NCBI GenBank assembly: GCA_963790305.1
Contig: CAWBOC010000008.1
Location: forward strand, 1 to 64,000
Direction: 5' to 3'
DNA: 64,000 nt
DNA from: an uncultured Gemmatimonadaceae bacterium
Lineage (GTDB): Bacteria; Gemmatimonadota; Gemmatimonadetes; Gemmatimonadales; Gemmatimonadaceae
The notes under the pieces were generated by a model. That model saw only the letters and a list, made by a program, of their open reading frames with translations, was not told the DNA's origin and did no database searches. Below are positions 29,468 through 41,664 of the stretch, piece by piece. Every line of letters starts with the position of its first letter. Positions within the stretch are counted from its first letter, which is position 1. Position numbers and translations under genes: made by a program.

Positions 29468-30214
29468 ATGCTTGCCGACGCTTCTGCAACTCGAGGTCGC
29501 ATGCGCAACGAGCCCATTATCCGCGCGGGTGGTCTCGCCCTCATCGGCGGCGCGCTTGCATTTCTCACAGTGTTCACTTTCCTCGCTGCCCGGTTCGACT
29601 ATCCCGACATTCTCGACGGCCAGGCAGCCGAGGTCCTTCCACGACTCCTGGAGATGGGGGCCACCGGACGAGCGGCGTGGGCCCTGTATGGTCTCCTGCC
29701 GCTCATCTGGATTCCCGCCGGCGTCGGAGCGTTCCACGCGTTGCGCGATGTGCGCGAGGGCAGCATGCGCGTGGCGATGCTCTTCGCTACGGTTGCGGCC
29801 GTCAGCATGATGCTTGGGCTCATGCGCTGGCCCAGCATGCACTGGGAACTGGCGCAGGCGTATGTCGCAGCCGATCCGGACACGCGAGTCGCGTTGGCTG
29901 CGGTCTTTGACGGGCTGAATGCATTCCTCGGTAACTACGTCGGGGAGTTCCTCGGTGAGCTCAGCGTCAGTCTCTTCTTCCTCCTCTCGGCGTTCGCCGC
30001 GCTACAGCGAGGGACCGCCTTCCCACGCTGGATGGGAATTCTCGGCGTGGCGACGGCGCTGGCTGGGCTCGTCGGGATGTTTCGCAACGTGACGCCGCTG
30101 GTCGGCCCCGTCGCCGAGGTGAACAATTATCTCCTCCCGTTGTGGATGATCGTCTTCGGTGTCGGGTTGTTGCGGAGTAGATCGGTTCACTCCCACGTTC
30201 AGCCTTCCACATGA
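29468..30214 (+). CDS. DUF4386-like membrane protein
   Basis: FDYPDIL, GLMRW, GEFLGE; several TM helices. Confidence 0.75.
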   Translation: MLADASATRGRMRNEPIIRAGGLALIGGALAFLTVFTFLAARFDYPDILDGQAAEVLPRLLEMGATGRAAWALYGLLPLIWIPAGVGAFHALRDVREGSMRVAMLFATVAAVSMMLGLMRWPSMHWELAQAYVAADPDTRVALAAVFDGLNAFLGNYVGEFLGELSVSLFFLLSAFAALQRGTAFPRWMGILGVATALAGLVGMFRNVTPLVGPVAEVNNYLLPLWMIVFGVGLLRSRSVHSHVQPST

Positions 30215-30741
30215 CACGCTCTTCCCCGCCCGTCGTTCTCCTGCTTGGCTGCCTCGTTCTCACGAGCCCGCGCGTCTTGCAAGCACAGGCCGCCGCTCCG
30301 CCCGGCACGGCTACGGTCCGCATTTCGGTACAGCGGGACACGACGCTCACCGCCACCGATCTCGCTCGTCTCCCGCGATCTCAGATCCGGGTGGCCGCAG
30401 CCGATCACGCCGGCGGTAACGACCACGCCCAGGTCCTCTACGAGGGCGTCGCGGTGGCAGACCTCCTCGCGCTCGTCGGTGCGCCGCTCGGATCCTCGCT
30501 CCGGGGCCGCGCCGTCGCGTCGTATGTCCTCGTCGAGGCCGCTGACGGCTATCGCGTTGTGTTCTCTCTCGAGGAAGCGGACGCACGGGCCTCGGCGCCG
30601 CGGCTCCTGCTCGCCGACCGACGCAATGGCGCGCCGTTGTCGCCTGACGAGGGACCACTGCGCGTGATCGCACCGGACGCTCGCCACAGTCGGTGGATCC
30701 GCCAGGTCGTGCGGATCTCAGTCCGCGACGCTGCACCGTAG
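30211..30741 (+). CDS. Periplasmic molybdopterin-oxidoreductase-like domain protein
   Basis: YEGV, AADGYRVVFSL, GPLRVIAP..SRWIRQV. Confidence 0.75.
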   Translation: MTRSSPPVVLLLGCLVLTSPRVLQAQAAAPPGTATVRISVQRDTTLTATDLARLPRSQIRVAAADHAGGNDHAQVLYEGVAVADLLALVGAPLGSSLRGRAVASYVLVEAADGYRVVFSLEEADARASAPRLLLADRRNGAPLSPDEGPLRVIAPDARHSRWIRQVVRISVRDAAP

Positions 30742-30776
30742 CTTCGTCTGCCCAATCCCCTACCGGAGACCATCAC

Positions 30777-32773
<1,997 letters not shown>

Positions 32774-32796
32774 GACTCAGGACGAGCCGGGACGGT

Positions 32797-33453
32797 ATGT
32801 CGGGAACAATGGATCTCGTACGGCGTCTCGAGGTCACCCGGGACGAAACGCTGAAGCTCTTCTCACTCGGCGACGACGACCTGGCGCGGACGTACGCGCC
32901 GGGGAAATGGCCGGTTCGGTTCATCCTGCTGCACCTCGCTGACGCCGAGACGGTTCTCTTCGATCGCATCCGTCGGGTTTTGAGCGAGCCGAGGCAGGTG
33001 TTGTGGGTGTTCGATCAGGATGCGTGGGCAAAAGGGCTCGACTACTCTCGCGTGCCGCTCGACATCTCCGTCCGGGTGTACGAGGCGGTTCGGAATGCGG
33101 TCATCTACTACGTCCGGCTGTATTACGAGGAGAAGGGGCACCTCGAGTTCGTCCACAGCGTCACCGGCGTGCGAACTCTGAAGGACGAGTTCGACAAAGT
33201 CGCATCCCACAACCAGCATCACCTCGATCAAATCCGCGCGGCGTTACGGGACTCCTCTTCAGTCAGTGATCGCCCTGACGCCCAGCACGATTGCCGCGAG
33301 ACCGAGCACTTTCGCGACGCGCGCCATCCACGAAGTACGGACGGTCGGCGTCGCCGGCTTCGTCCAGATCACGATGCTCCCGCAGATCTGTCCCTCGAGG
33401 CCACGGCCTTCCATTCCCGTGGTGAACTGCGCCGGTACCCCGGGCCGGTGTAG
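32797..33453 (+). CDS. DinB family protein (true end probably near 33260)
   Basis: YAPGKW..ILLHLADAE..HNQHHLDQI; tail overlaps the convergent gene. Confidence 0.8.
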   Translation: MSGTMDLVRRLEVTRDETLKLFSLGDDDLARTYAPGKWPVRFILLHLADAETVLFDRIRRVLSEPRQVLWVFDQDAWAKGLDYSRVPLDISVRVYEAVRNAVIYYVRLYYEEKGHLEFVHSVTGVRTLKDEFDKVASHNQHHLDQIRAALRDSSSVSDRPDAQHDCRETEHFRDARHPRSTDGRRRRLRPDHDAPADLSLEATAFHSRGELRRYPGPV

Positions 33454-34745
33454 ATCTCGATGCCGGCGATCTCGTTAGGGTTCACCCAGCTGTCGATGGC
33501 ATCGGTGTCGAGGTCCCGCATGTAGGCGCCATCAATGTAGACGCCGGGCGCGCAGCTTTCGTCCATGGCCCCGCGCATTTGGATCTCGGTGTCGCCGTAC
33601 GGCGTGCGCTCCACACGAAGGCCCGGCACCATTCGAAACAAGTCGGAGGTGACCGTGGGCCTCTGCCGGGCGACGTCGGCGGGCGTGAGATAATGCCCAA
33701 GGCCGTTGCTCCGGCGCTCGTGAAAGTCCTTGAGATTCCGGTCCCGCACCGTCGAAGCGGTCACCGTGACAGTGTCGAGCACCGACTTCACGGTGTAGAG
33801 CGCGCTGCGCACAGGCGCCGCGCCTGCTATCACATCGACCGCTCGATGCTCGGGGAAGTAGCCCACTGCGCGAACCTCGAGCATCCTGGTGCCTAACGGC
33901 GCGTCGGTGAGCGTCCATTCGCCGCGCTCGTTGGCGCTGGTCTCCGGTCCGTCACGAATGCCTACCCGCGCACCGGCCACGGGCGCGCCTTCCACGGCCG
34001 TGACGACGACACCAGTGAGTCTCCCGTCTCCCGTGCGCCGATCGAGCGCGGGACCAATGTACAGATCACGCCTCGCGAATCGCTCCGCAAACACGTCCAC
34101 CTCGACCAGATCCGTACTGTCTGCGCCGCGGCTGGCCATGAGCGCGATCGTCCCCTTGGTCGGCACGTTACAAATGGCGAACCAGCCATTCTCCGCCGTC
34201 GTGACCGCGAGTCGCGGGATGTGGCGGCTGATTTTCCCCGCCGTGAAAGAAAGCTCGACCCACATCCCGACCACCTCGACTGCAGCCGCCGGCACATGGC
34301 TCCGCGCGCCACGAACCACCCCGATGACGACGGCCGCCGTGTCCGCCGCCCGCACTCCGCAGATGGTGGCGCGCAGGCGTGACGGAGACGGGATGGCGAG
34401 GTCGGCACGCACGGGCTGCTTACCCTCTACGTTTACCTCACGCAGCAGGGGCTCGACGCCAAGCGAATCGAGCATTGGATGGAAGAAGCCGAGCATGTAG
34501 CGGCCGGCCGGTACATCCGCGAGCGCGAATCTGCCTAGCGAGTCGGCGGTCACGGTGCGACCCAGCCGTGCCAGACTGTCGGCGGCGACGAGCTGCACGA
34601 TTGCGCCGGCGAGCGGTGCCCGAGCGATACTGTCGTGCACGACGCCGATGACGGTCGTGCGTAGGGCGTCACGGGTGGTATCGGGCGCCTGCGCGGCGGC
34701 CAGCCGGCCCAGCAAGACGACACCCAGCACGGGACAGAACCGCAT
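33259..34745 (-). CDS. Carboxypeptidase-regulatory-like repeat / TonB-plug domain protein (frameshift near 33440)
   Basis: GVVHDS..PLAGAIV, ADSLGRF repeats; IAGIEIY; second frame CGSIVIWTK. Confidence 0.8.
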
Positions 34746-34896
34746 GGGACGAATCGCCTGGCGGTTGGATAGGAACACCAACATACAGCCGGGGCAGCGA
34801 GGGCGAGAGGCTGGCAATGTGTTTCTTCCCCACCGCCTCCCTGATGGAGCTTTCCGTTCGCATATTGAGCCCCCACACATTTGGAGACCATCCCTC

Positions 34897-35256
34897 ATGC
34901 GCAACCTCAGCAGCGCGGTGCCGCTGGTCGCAGTCGTCCTGGCCGGTTGCGCGGGAACGACTTCGGCACCCACACCATCCCCACAGGCGGCGTCCAACGC
35001 GCGAGGGAGACTGCCGGACGCATCCGCGGCGCCGAAGAACTATGTCTTCTTTTCTCGCGACCACGACCGCATTGCGGAGGCGAGCTTTCTCCAGCACGCA
35101 CAGATCGCCGGGGCGCAGCTCACCTACACGTGGCGGGAGCTGGAACCGCAACGGGATCGCTATGACCTGCAACCGCTCCGCGATCGCCTCGCATTTCTCG
35201 AGCGCCACGGCAAGCGCCTCCGTGCAGCTGCCTCCGCCGGTTGTAAGGTCCCGTGA
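34897..35256 (+). pseudogene. Truncated lipoprotein with a glycoside-hydrolase-like barrel start
   Basis: LAGC lipobox; GAQLTYTWRELEP..YD, then breaks off after about 110 aa. Confidence 0.5.
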
Positions 35257-35323
35257 CCGCCGTTGGCCTGGAGAGGTCTGCTCCGTGACGCCGCCGAGGG
35301 TTGTTATGCTCGCGAACCGTTGG

Positions 35324-35620
35324 ATGCCCCGCGCACTTCTTCTCACGGTTGTTCTGTCCGGTTGCGTAGTCCCGATGCACACGGGCGGTTACCGAAGCCC
35401 GGAGCCAGCAAAGGTGCTGGGGCGAAAGCTCGTCATCAGCAAGGAAGCGCCCCTCGACCTGGTGGCGGAGGACGGAACACGCTGCCAGACGTCGAAGGAC
35501 CGATTCGAGCGAACAAAGATCGGCTCGAAGGTCTGGTGTCTCTGGAGCGGAGATCCCATCCGCGACTCGTCCCGAGAACAGATCGTCTCTCGTGGCCGAA
35601 CGTTCGCCACGGCACATTGA
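35324..35620 (+). CDS. Small hypothetical lipoprotein
   Basis: LSGC lipobox; KxVxxKE..LVAEDGTRC...VWCLW. Confidence 0.65.
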   Translation: MPRALLLTVVLSGCVVPMHTGGYRSPEPAKVLGRKLVISKEAPLDLVAEDGTRCQTSKDRFERTKIGSKVWCLWSGDPIRDSSREQIVSRGRTFATAH

Positions 35621-36555
35621 CCGGACGGTCCGGGACGCGCCTCATCGCCGCGGCGGCGCTGATCGGGCCCGCCTCGCTCGCGGTCGCGCAGACGCCGACG
35701 CCGCCCCCGGCGGCGCAGAATCCGTCGCCCATGGTCGAGGCGACGCGCGCGCACGAACGCCTCACCCAGCAGGAGGTCGCGGGCGTTAGGCGACCATTCC
35801 CGGGTCCGAGTGGCAGGCCGGTCGAGCTCCTGGTGCCCGACGGCGCACGAAGGCGCGACGTCATGGACCTCGTCATTCACTTTCACGGCGCCGCATGGCT
35901 TCCGCAGCAGGCGGTCGCCACGGTCGAGGGGCAGCCGATCTTGGCGGTGGTGAATCTCGGCGCCGGCTCGAGCGCATACCATCGCGCGTTCGCGGATCCG
36001 ACGGCGTTCGACTCCCTCCTGGCCGGTGTGACGCGCGAGGTGTCGCTGACAATCGGCACGGCGACACGCACCGGCCGCCTAACGCTGGTCGGATTCTCCG
36101 CCGGACACGGAGCCATCCGCGCCATCCTGCGCGAGCCTCGGCACTTCGCGGCCGTCAATGCCGTGCTGCTGCTCGACGGCATGCACACGTCCTACGTTCC
36201 CGAAGGCACGGTGCTCGCCGGCGGCGGCACCCTCGACACGACGAACCTCGTGGCGTTCGCCGACTTCGCCCGAGCGGCGATTCGGGGTGAGAAGCGATTC
36301 GTCATCACGCACTCGGAGATCTTTCCCGGCACCTTCGCCAGCACCACCGAAACGGCCGATTGGCTGCTGCGGGCGTTGAGTCTCCAGCGCACTCGCGTGC
36401 TGCGCTGGGGCCCGCGCGGCATGCAGCAGCTCAGCGAGGTCCGTGCAGGCAGGTTCGAGCTGCTCGGCTTCGCCGGCAATTCCGGACCGGACCACATCGA
36501 CCATTTGCACGCGATGCCCGAGCTGCTCGCACACACGCTGAAGCAGTCGAGATAA
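35617..36555 (+). CDS. Secreted alpha/beta-hydrolase-like protein
   Basis: HFHG, GFSAG nucleophile elbow, LLDGMH. Confidence 0.7.
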   Translation: MTGRSGTRLIAAAALIGPASLAVAQTPTPPPAAQNPSPMVEATRAHERLTQQEVAGVRRPFPGPSGRPVELLVPDGARRRDVMDLVIHFHGAAWLPQQAVATVEGQPILAVVNLGAGSSAYHRAFADPTAFDSLLAGVTREVSLTIGTATRTGRLTLVGFSAGHGAIRAILREPRHFAAVNAVLLLDGMHTSYVPEGTVLAGGGTLDTTNLVAFADFARAAIRGEKRFVITHSEIFPGTFASTTETADWLLRALSLQRTRVLRWGPRGMQQLSEVRAGRFELLGFAGNSGPDHIDHLHAMPELLAHTLKQSR

Positions 36556-36556
36556 C

Positions 36557-37078
36557 GTGGACCCAGTCACGCACCAGCACGCTTCGCTCGCCCTCGACAT
36601 CACACCGGAGTCCCTGACGAGCGACGTCGCCGCGACCCTCATCGCGGCGCTCAACGCGGAGCTTGCGGCCGGCTATCCGGAGCCCGGGGCTACCCACTTC
36701 CGTTTGGACCCCACCGACGTTGCTGCGGGCGCGGGCGTGTTCGTTGTCGCGCGATTGTCCGGCCGCCCGGTTGGGTGCGGCGCGCTCCGCTGTCTCCGCG
36801 AGCCCGCGCTCGTGCGCGAGCTGGGACCGGACGTCGGAGAGCTGAAGCGCATGTACGTCGCGCCCGAGGCGCGGGGTCATGGCATCGGGCGAGCACTGCT
36901 GGTCCGACTCGAAGACGAAGGACGCGCGCTCGGCCTCACCCGGCTGGTTCTCGAGACGGGAACCCGACAGGTGGAAGCGCTCGCCCTCTACCGAAATGCG
37001 GGCTTCACCGGGATTCCCCCGTACGGCGAGTACGTCGCCTCGCCGGGGACGAGCGTGTGCATGGCGAAGTCGTTGTAG
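36557..37078 (+). CDS. GNAT acetyltransferase
   Basis: ELKRMYVAPEARGHGIG, LETG..Q..ALALY. Confidence 0.9.
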   Translation: MDPVTHQHASLALDITPESLTSDVAATLIAALNAELAAGYPEPGATHFRLDPTDVAAGAGVFVVARLSGRPVGCGALRCLREPALVRELGPDVGELKRMYVAPEARGHGIGRALLVRLEDEGRALGLTRLVLETGTRQVEALALYRNAGFTGIPPYGEYVASPGTSVCMAKSL

Positions 37079-37099
37079 GGAGTAGGCATCGCAGCGGCA

Positions 37100-37603
37100 C
37101 TAACTCGCGAGCGAGATAGCCACCTGCTCCAGCAGGTCCATGCCCTCCTGCATTCCCCCCTCCATCCCCGAGCGGATGATCATGTCGCGCTCTTGCTGGC
37201 TCGAGCACAGCGCACGAAGCGTGAGGATCGTGCGTCCGTTGTTGCTCTCGGTGAACGTCACCACGTTCAGCACCCCTTCCCCGTCGGGCGCCTCCGCCGT
37301 CTCGTAGACCTCGGTCGTCACGATCCGCTCGTTAGGTACGATCTCGCGGTAGGTCCCATGGAAGGCGACCTCGAACGTCCCGTGTGCCAGCATCACGTAG
37401 CGCCACATGCCGCCGACCCGCAGGTCGATCTGCGCGCTCGTCACCGTGCCGCGCTGGCCGGCCCACCAGCGCTTCACCAGCTCGGGCGTCGTCCACGCCT
37501 TGTAGACCAGGTGCTTCGGAGCCGCGAACTCCCGGGTGATCAGGATCTCGGTATCCGTCGGGAGCGTAATGCGGGCTGCGCCGCTACTCGCCATGGCCAC
37601 CAT
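37100..37603 (-). CDS. SRPBCC/AHSA1 domain protein
   Basis: ITREFAAPKHLVYKAWT..DLRVGG..SGMEGG. Confidence 0.88.
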   Translation of the reverse strand: MVAMASSGAARITLPTDTEILITREFAAPKHLVYKAWTTPELVKRWWAGQRGTVTSAQIDLRVGGMWRYVMLAHGTFEVAFHGTYREIVPNERIVTTEVYETAEAPDGEGVLNVVTFTESNNGRTILTLRALCSSQQERDMIIRSGMEGGMQEGMDLLEQVAISLAS

Positions 37604-37940
37604 GTGCATCCTCCGTGTCGTTGAGCTCGCCCAGTACCTCGTCGATCGCGTCGAAGCGCTCGTTCCATGTCTCCTCGAAGCTCGCGACCCAGTCGCGAAT
37701 CGGTTTGAGCGGCTGCCCATTGAGCCGATACATGCGCTGACGCCCCGCGTCGCGAACATCCACCAGGCCCACCTCTCGAAGAACGCGGAGGTGCTTCGAG
37801 ACCTGCGGCTGCGCCACGTGGAGAAGCTCGACAAGGTCGTTCACGGGCCGCTCCCCGTCGGCGAGGATATTCAGGATCTGCCGCCGTCGAGGTTCTGCCA
37901 CCGCGTTGAACGCGTCCGTGGTCGTCGCCGCTCTCGCCAT
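37584..37940 (-). CDS. ArsR/SmtB family regulator
   Basis: MARAATTTDAFNAVAEPRRRQIL..QPQVSKHL. Confidence 0.9.
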   Translation of the reverse strand: MARAATTTDAFNAVAEPRRRQILNILADGERPVNDLVELLHVAQPQVSKHLRVLREVGLVDVRDAGRQRMYRLNGQPLKPIRDWVASFEETWNERFDAIDEVLGELNDTEDAHGGHGE

Positions 37941-37946
37941 GGGTGT

Positions 37947-37974
37947 AATATATACCCATATCGGTATATGTCAA
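37947..37974 (-). promoter_or_regulatory. Sigma70-type promoter with ATATACC-N6-GGTATAT operator
   Basis: Minus-strand TTGACA (37974-37969) and TATATT (37952-37947); ATG at 37940. Confidence 0.65.
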
Positions 37975-38109
37975 GAGACTCCGCCGGGGCTGCTGGGCCA
38001 CGCGCTCTCAGGTACCTTCGGGGTCCTCCAACTCCTGCGTGCGTATGCGCCTCGCCCTCCGCCGCATCGAGTACGAAAAATCGCAAGCCGGGAGCGGGCG
38101 CGCGTCGCA

Positions 38110-38628
38110 ATGAGCCGCAACCTCCGTCTCGTTCCGTACGATCCGTCCTGGCCGGAACGCTTCCAGCGAGAAGCGGCGCGCTTGCATAAAGCCATCGGCC
38201 AGTGGGCGACGGCGATCGAGCACGTGGGGAGCACGGCGGTCCCCGGCCTCCTGGCGAAGCCCGTCATCGACATCGCGGTGGCAGTGGCGTCAGAGGCAGA
38301 CGCCGATGCCTGCGTTGCGCCGGCCACCGCGTTAGGCTATGAATATCGCGGACTTCATGGGGATGATCCTCGCCGACGCTATTACGTATTGAACGAGGAT
38401 GGCCGCCGTCTCGCGCACCTTCACCTCTACATCCTTCCGGCGCGCGCGTGGACGGAGCTTCTGGCGTTCCGCGACGCACTACGCACGACGCCGCAGCTCG
38501 CGGCTGCATACGCGCGAGAGAAGCGGCGGGTGGCGGATGAGGTCCAATGGGATAAGGCCGCGTATTCACTGGCGAAGGGACCGTTCATCTCGGCCGCGCT
38601 TGCGCGGCTTCGCGTAGAGACGCGGTGA
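38110..38628 (+). CDS. GrpB family (UPF0157) protein
   Basis: PYDPSW, IEHVGSTAVPGLLAKPVIDI, FRDAL, Y..AK. Confidence 0.88.
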   Translation: MSRNLRLVPYDPSWPERFQREAARLHKAIGQWATAIEHVGSTAVPGLLAKPVIDIAVAVASEADADACVAPATALGYEYRGLHGDDPRRRYYVLNEDGRRLAHLHLYILPARAWTELLAFRDALRTTPQLAAAYAREKRRVADEVQWDKAAYSLAKGPFISAALARLRVETR

Positions 38629-40746
38629 GCTCCGTTCCCGCGCTTTGCGTCCTGACCGCGTTACTCGGCGTATTGGGGTGTGCGAAATCCGACGTGCCCC
38701 CTGGTGACTGGCGCGCCACCGGAAACGACGCCGGCAACACACGGTACTCGTCGCTCGATCAGATCAATCGCGACAACGTCGCGCAGCTGCGCGTGGCGTG
38801 GACGTATCGCTCTGGCGACCGGCCCAACGATGCTCGAACCGAGATTCAGGCGACGCCGATCGTCGTCGACGGCGTGCTGTACACGACGACGCCCGCACTC
38901 GCCGTCGTCGCCCTCCGCGCCGACAGCGGCACGCTGATCTGGCGCTTTGATCCCTTCGCGAACCGCGCTCGCGAGTCGCACGTCAACCGGGGCGTGGCGT
39001 GGTGGTCCGAAGGTGACGAGGCGCGAATCTTTTTTTCCGCCGGACGCCGCCTGTATGCGCTCGATGCACGCTCGGGACGTCCCATTCCAACGTTCGGTGA
39101 CTCAGGGTTCGTGGACCTCGCCGTCGGTCTGGGCCGCGACGTCGACGACGCCTTTCTCGTCGCCACGAGCCCGGGTGTCGGTCTACAAGGATCTCCTCAT
39201 TCAGGGGACTCGCGTCGGCGAGGGCGAAGGCTCGGCACCGGGACACGTTCGCGCCTATGACGTCCGCACCGGAGAGATTCGGTGGACCTTTCACACCATT
39301 CCCCGTCCCGGCGAAGTCGGTCACGACACCTGGCCCGCAGATGCGTGGCAGACCGCCGGAGGCGCGAACTCGTGGGCAGGAATGAGCGTGGACGTGGAAC
39401 GAGGCATCGTCTACGTCCCTACCGGCTCGGCCACGCCCGACTTCTACGGTGGCGACCGCATCGGCGCGAATCTGTTCGCCAACACGCTGCTTGCCCTCGA
39501 TGCGGAAACGGGAAGGCGCATCTGGCATTTCCAAACCGTTCATCACGACCTCTGGGATCGTGATCTCCCCGCCGCGCCTCAACTCCTTACGGTCACGCGA
39601 AACGGCTCTCGAGTGGACGCCGTCGCGCAGATCACGAAGAGCGGCTTTGTCTTTCTGTTCGATCGTGCATCGGGAGAGCCGCTCTTCCCGATCGAGGAGC
39701 GGCCGGTGCCTGCGTCGGAGCTGCCGGGGGAGCAGGCGTGGCCCACGCAGCCCGTTCCAGTTGCGCCGGCTCCCTTCGCACGGCAGGCAATGACCGAGAC
39801 GGACCTCGCCGATCTCTCGCCTACCGCCCACGCGGCGGCGCAGAAACGCTTTCGCGGCCTGCGATCGCAGGGTCTGTTCACGCCGCCGAGTCGTGAGGGC
39901 AGCATCGTGCTGCCCGGCTTCGACGGAGGCGGCGAGTGGGGCGGAGCGGCCGTCGACCGCGAGACGGGCGTGCTCTTCGTCAACGCGAGCGACGTTCCAT
40001 GGATCGCCGCAATGCGTGAGTCGGCGAAGCTTCCGCCTCCAGGTAGCCGGCCGCGATCCGGCGCCGCTGTGTACGCTGCCTCGTGCGCGAGCTGCCACGG
40101 CGTCAACCGACGCGGCAACGATCGAACGCCATCACTCATCGGAATCCGTGCACGCTCGTCAGCCGAGCAGATTCGGCAGGTGCTGGAGCGCGGGCAAGGC
40201 TTCATGCCATCGTTCGCGATGCTGTCCGAGGATGAGAAAGCCGGCGTGATCGCCTATGTGTTAGGCGAGCCCGCGCCGTCGCCGACGCCCGCCACGACGC
40301 CGGCGGCATCCCGGACGAGGCGCGCGACGGCCCCATTCGAGTTCGTGGGCTACGAGCGCTGGAGGGACTCGAGTGGGCTGCCGGCGATAAAGCCACCCTG
40401 GGGAACACTGACCGCGATCGATCTCAACACTGGTGAACAGCGCTGGAGAATCACGCTCGGTGAGCACCCAGCGCTCACTGCCTCGGCCAGCGGCACGGAG
40501 CAGTACGGCGGACCGATCGTGACGGCCGGCGGCCTGGTGTTCATCGCCGCTACGCAGGACGCGAAATTCCGCGCCTTCGATACGTCGACGGGAAAGCTAT
40601 TGTGGGAGACAACGTTGCCGGCGGCTGGCTACGCGACTCCCAGTACCTTCAGCGTGCGCGGCAGACAGTACGTCGTGATCGCCGCCGGCGGGGGAAAGCT
40701 CGGAACGCGATCCGACGACGCCTACATCGCGTTCACGCTTCCCTGA
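38625..40746 (+). CDS. PQQ-dependent dehydrogenase with internal cytochrome c domain (frameshift near 39175)
   Basis: RYSSLDQIN, GGANSWAGMS, HHDLWDRD, CASCH heme motif. Confidence 0.9.
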
Positions 40747-40758
40747 TCACGACCCTAA

Positions 40759-41295
40759 CTAGAACCGCTCGCCCCGCGCCTCACGAGCCTGACTCCCTGC
40801 CCGCCGAGACGCCACACCAGCCACGGCAGGGCTGGGCCGCGCGTCGAGCGTACGCCAGAGGTTGTAGGCGAAAGTATAGGCCCCGGCCGCGGCGATCATA
40901 CCACCGCCAGCGAGAACGGGGATCCCGCTGGCACCCCAGTGCACCCGCGCCACGAAGCCGATCGCGAGCGCCGTCAGGCCAACGTTGGCGAGCCACCAGT
41001 GAACCCCTGCCAGCCTGCGGCTATGCAGCGGATTGCCGGTGAAACGCGGTATGACGTGATACGCGACGCCGAAGATCATCATCGCCACGAACCCTAACAG
41101 CGCCATATGCAGGTGCGCAGGTCGGTAGACGAGCCATGCGGGCCGAAGCGCCATGCCGACGCCGAGTGAGACGGCGAGCACCAGCCACCCGAGGCTCGCC
41201 TTGATGAACGCCTTTACGAACCAGTCCATCACTCCACGCCTCCTGGCGCGTGCGACGGCGTCGGCCGCCGCCTGGCGAGGATCAATGACCTTCAT
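40759..41295 (-). CDS. Small membrane protein, heme-copper oxidase subunit I / NnrS-like helices
   Basis: AHLHMALLGFVAMMIFGVAYHVIPRF. Confidence 0.65.
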   Translation of the reverse strand: MKVIDPRQAAADAVARARRRGVMDWFVKAFIKASLGWLVLAVSLGVGMALRPAWLVYRPAHLHMALLGFVAMMIFGVAYHVIPRFTGNPLHSRRLAGVHWWLANVGLTALAIGFVARVHWGASGIPVLAGGGMIAAAGAYTFAYNLWRTLDARPSPAVAGVASRRAGSQAREARGERF

Positions 41296-41504
41296 CTCGC
41301 AACCGTCGCGCCGCTCGTTGCCGCTTCCAGCGCGCAGAGCAGCTCCTCGAGGTCCACGCCGTCGCGACGGGCCGCCTCGCCGAGCGCGGCAGCGCCGCCG
41401 CAGCAGGCATCGATTCCGAACGCATTGAGAACGAATACGGTCGCCGGATACAGGCGCAGCATCTCGTTGACGGTGATGCTGGCGTCGATTGGTCGATTGA
41501 TCAT
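41292..41504 (-). CDS. Stand-alone DUF542 / ScdA(Ric) N-terminal domain protein
   Basis: GIDACCGG motif; 70 aa. Confidence 0.8.
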   Translation of the reverse strand: MINRPIDASITVNEMLRLYPATVFVLNAFGIDACCGGAAALGEAARRDGVDLEELLCALEAATSGATVAR

Positions 41505-41664
41505 CTCAGAGATCCATGTGGGCCAACGTGCAAGTCGCCGGGTCGTTCGTCAGCAATTTGCGTCGGAGCCGTGCACGTCTCGGTCAGGGATGAGTGGAAG
41601 GCTGGTGGGGGGAAAGAGCGTTCCCGGTCGGGGATTTCCCTACCGTGCCGGTATTACGGCGCCG

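Noticed and set aside
33260..33453. C-terminal extension of the DinB protein
   Set aside because: It overlaps the true 3' end of the convergent plug-domain gene and looks non-coding; probably a lost stop or indel.
35221..35309. Possible further attC relic before the 35324 lipoprotein gene
   Set aside because: Only a GTTATGC core and a GCAGCTG fragment; no inverse core or family left motif.
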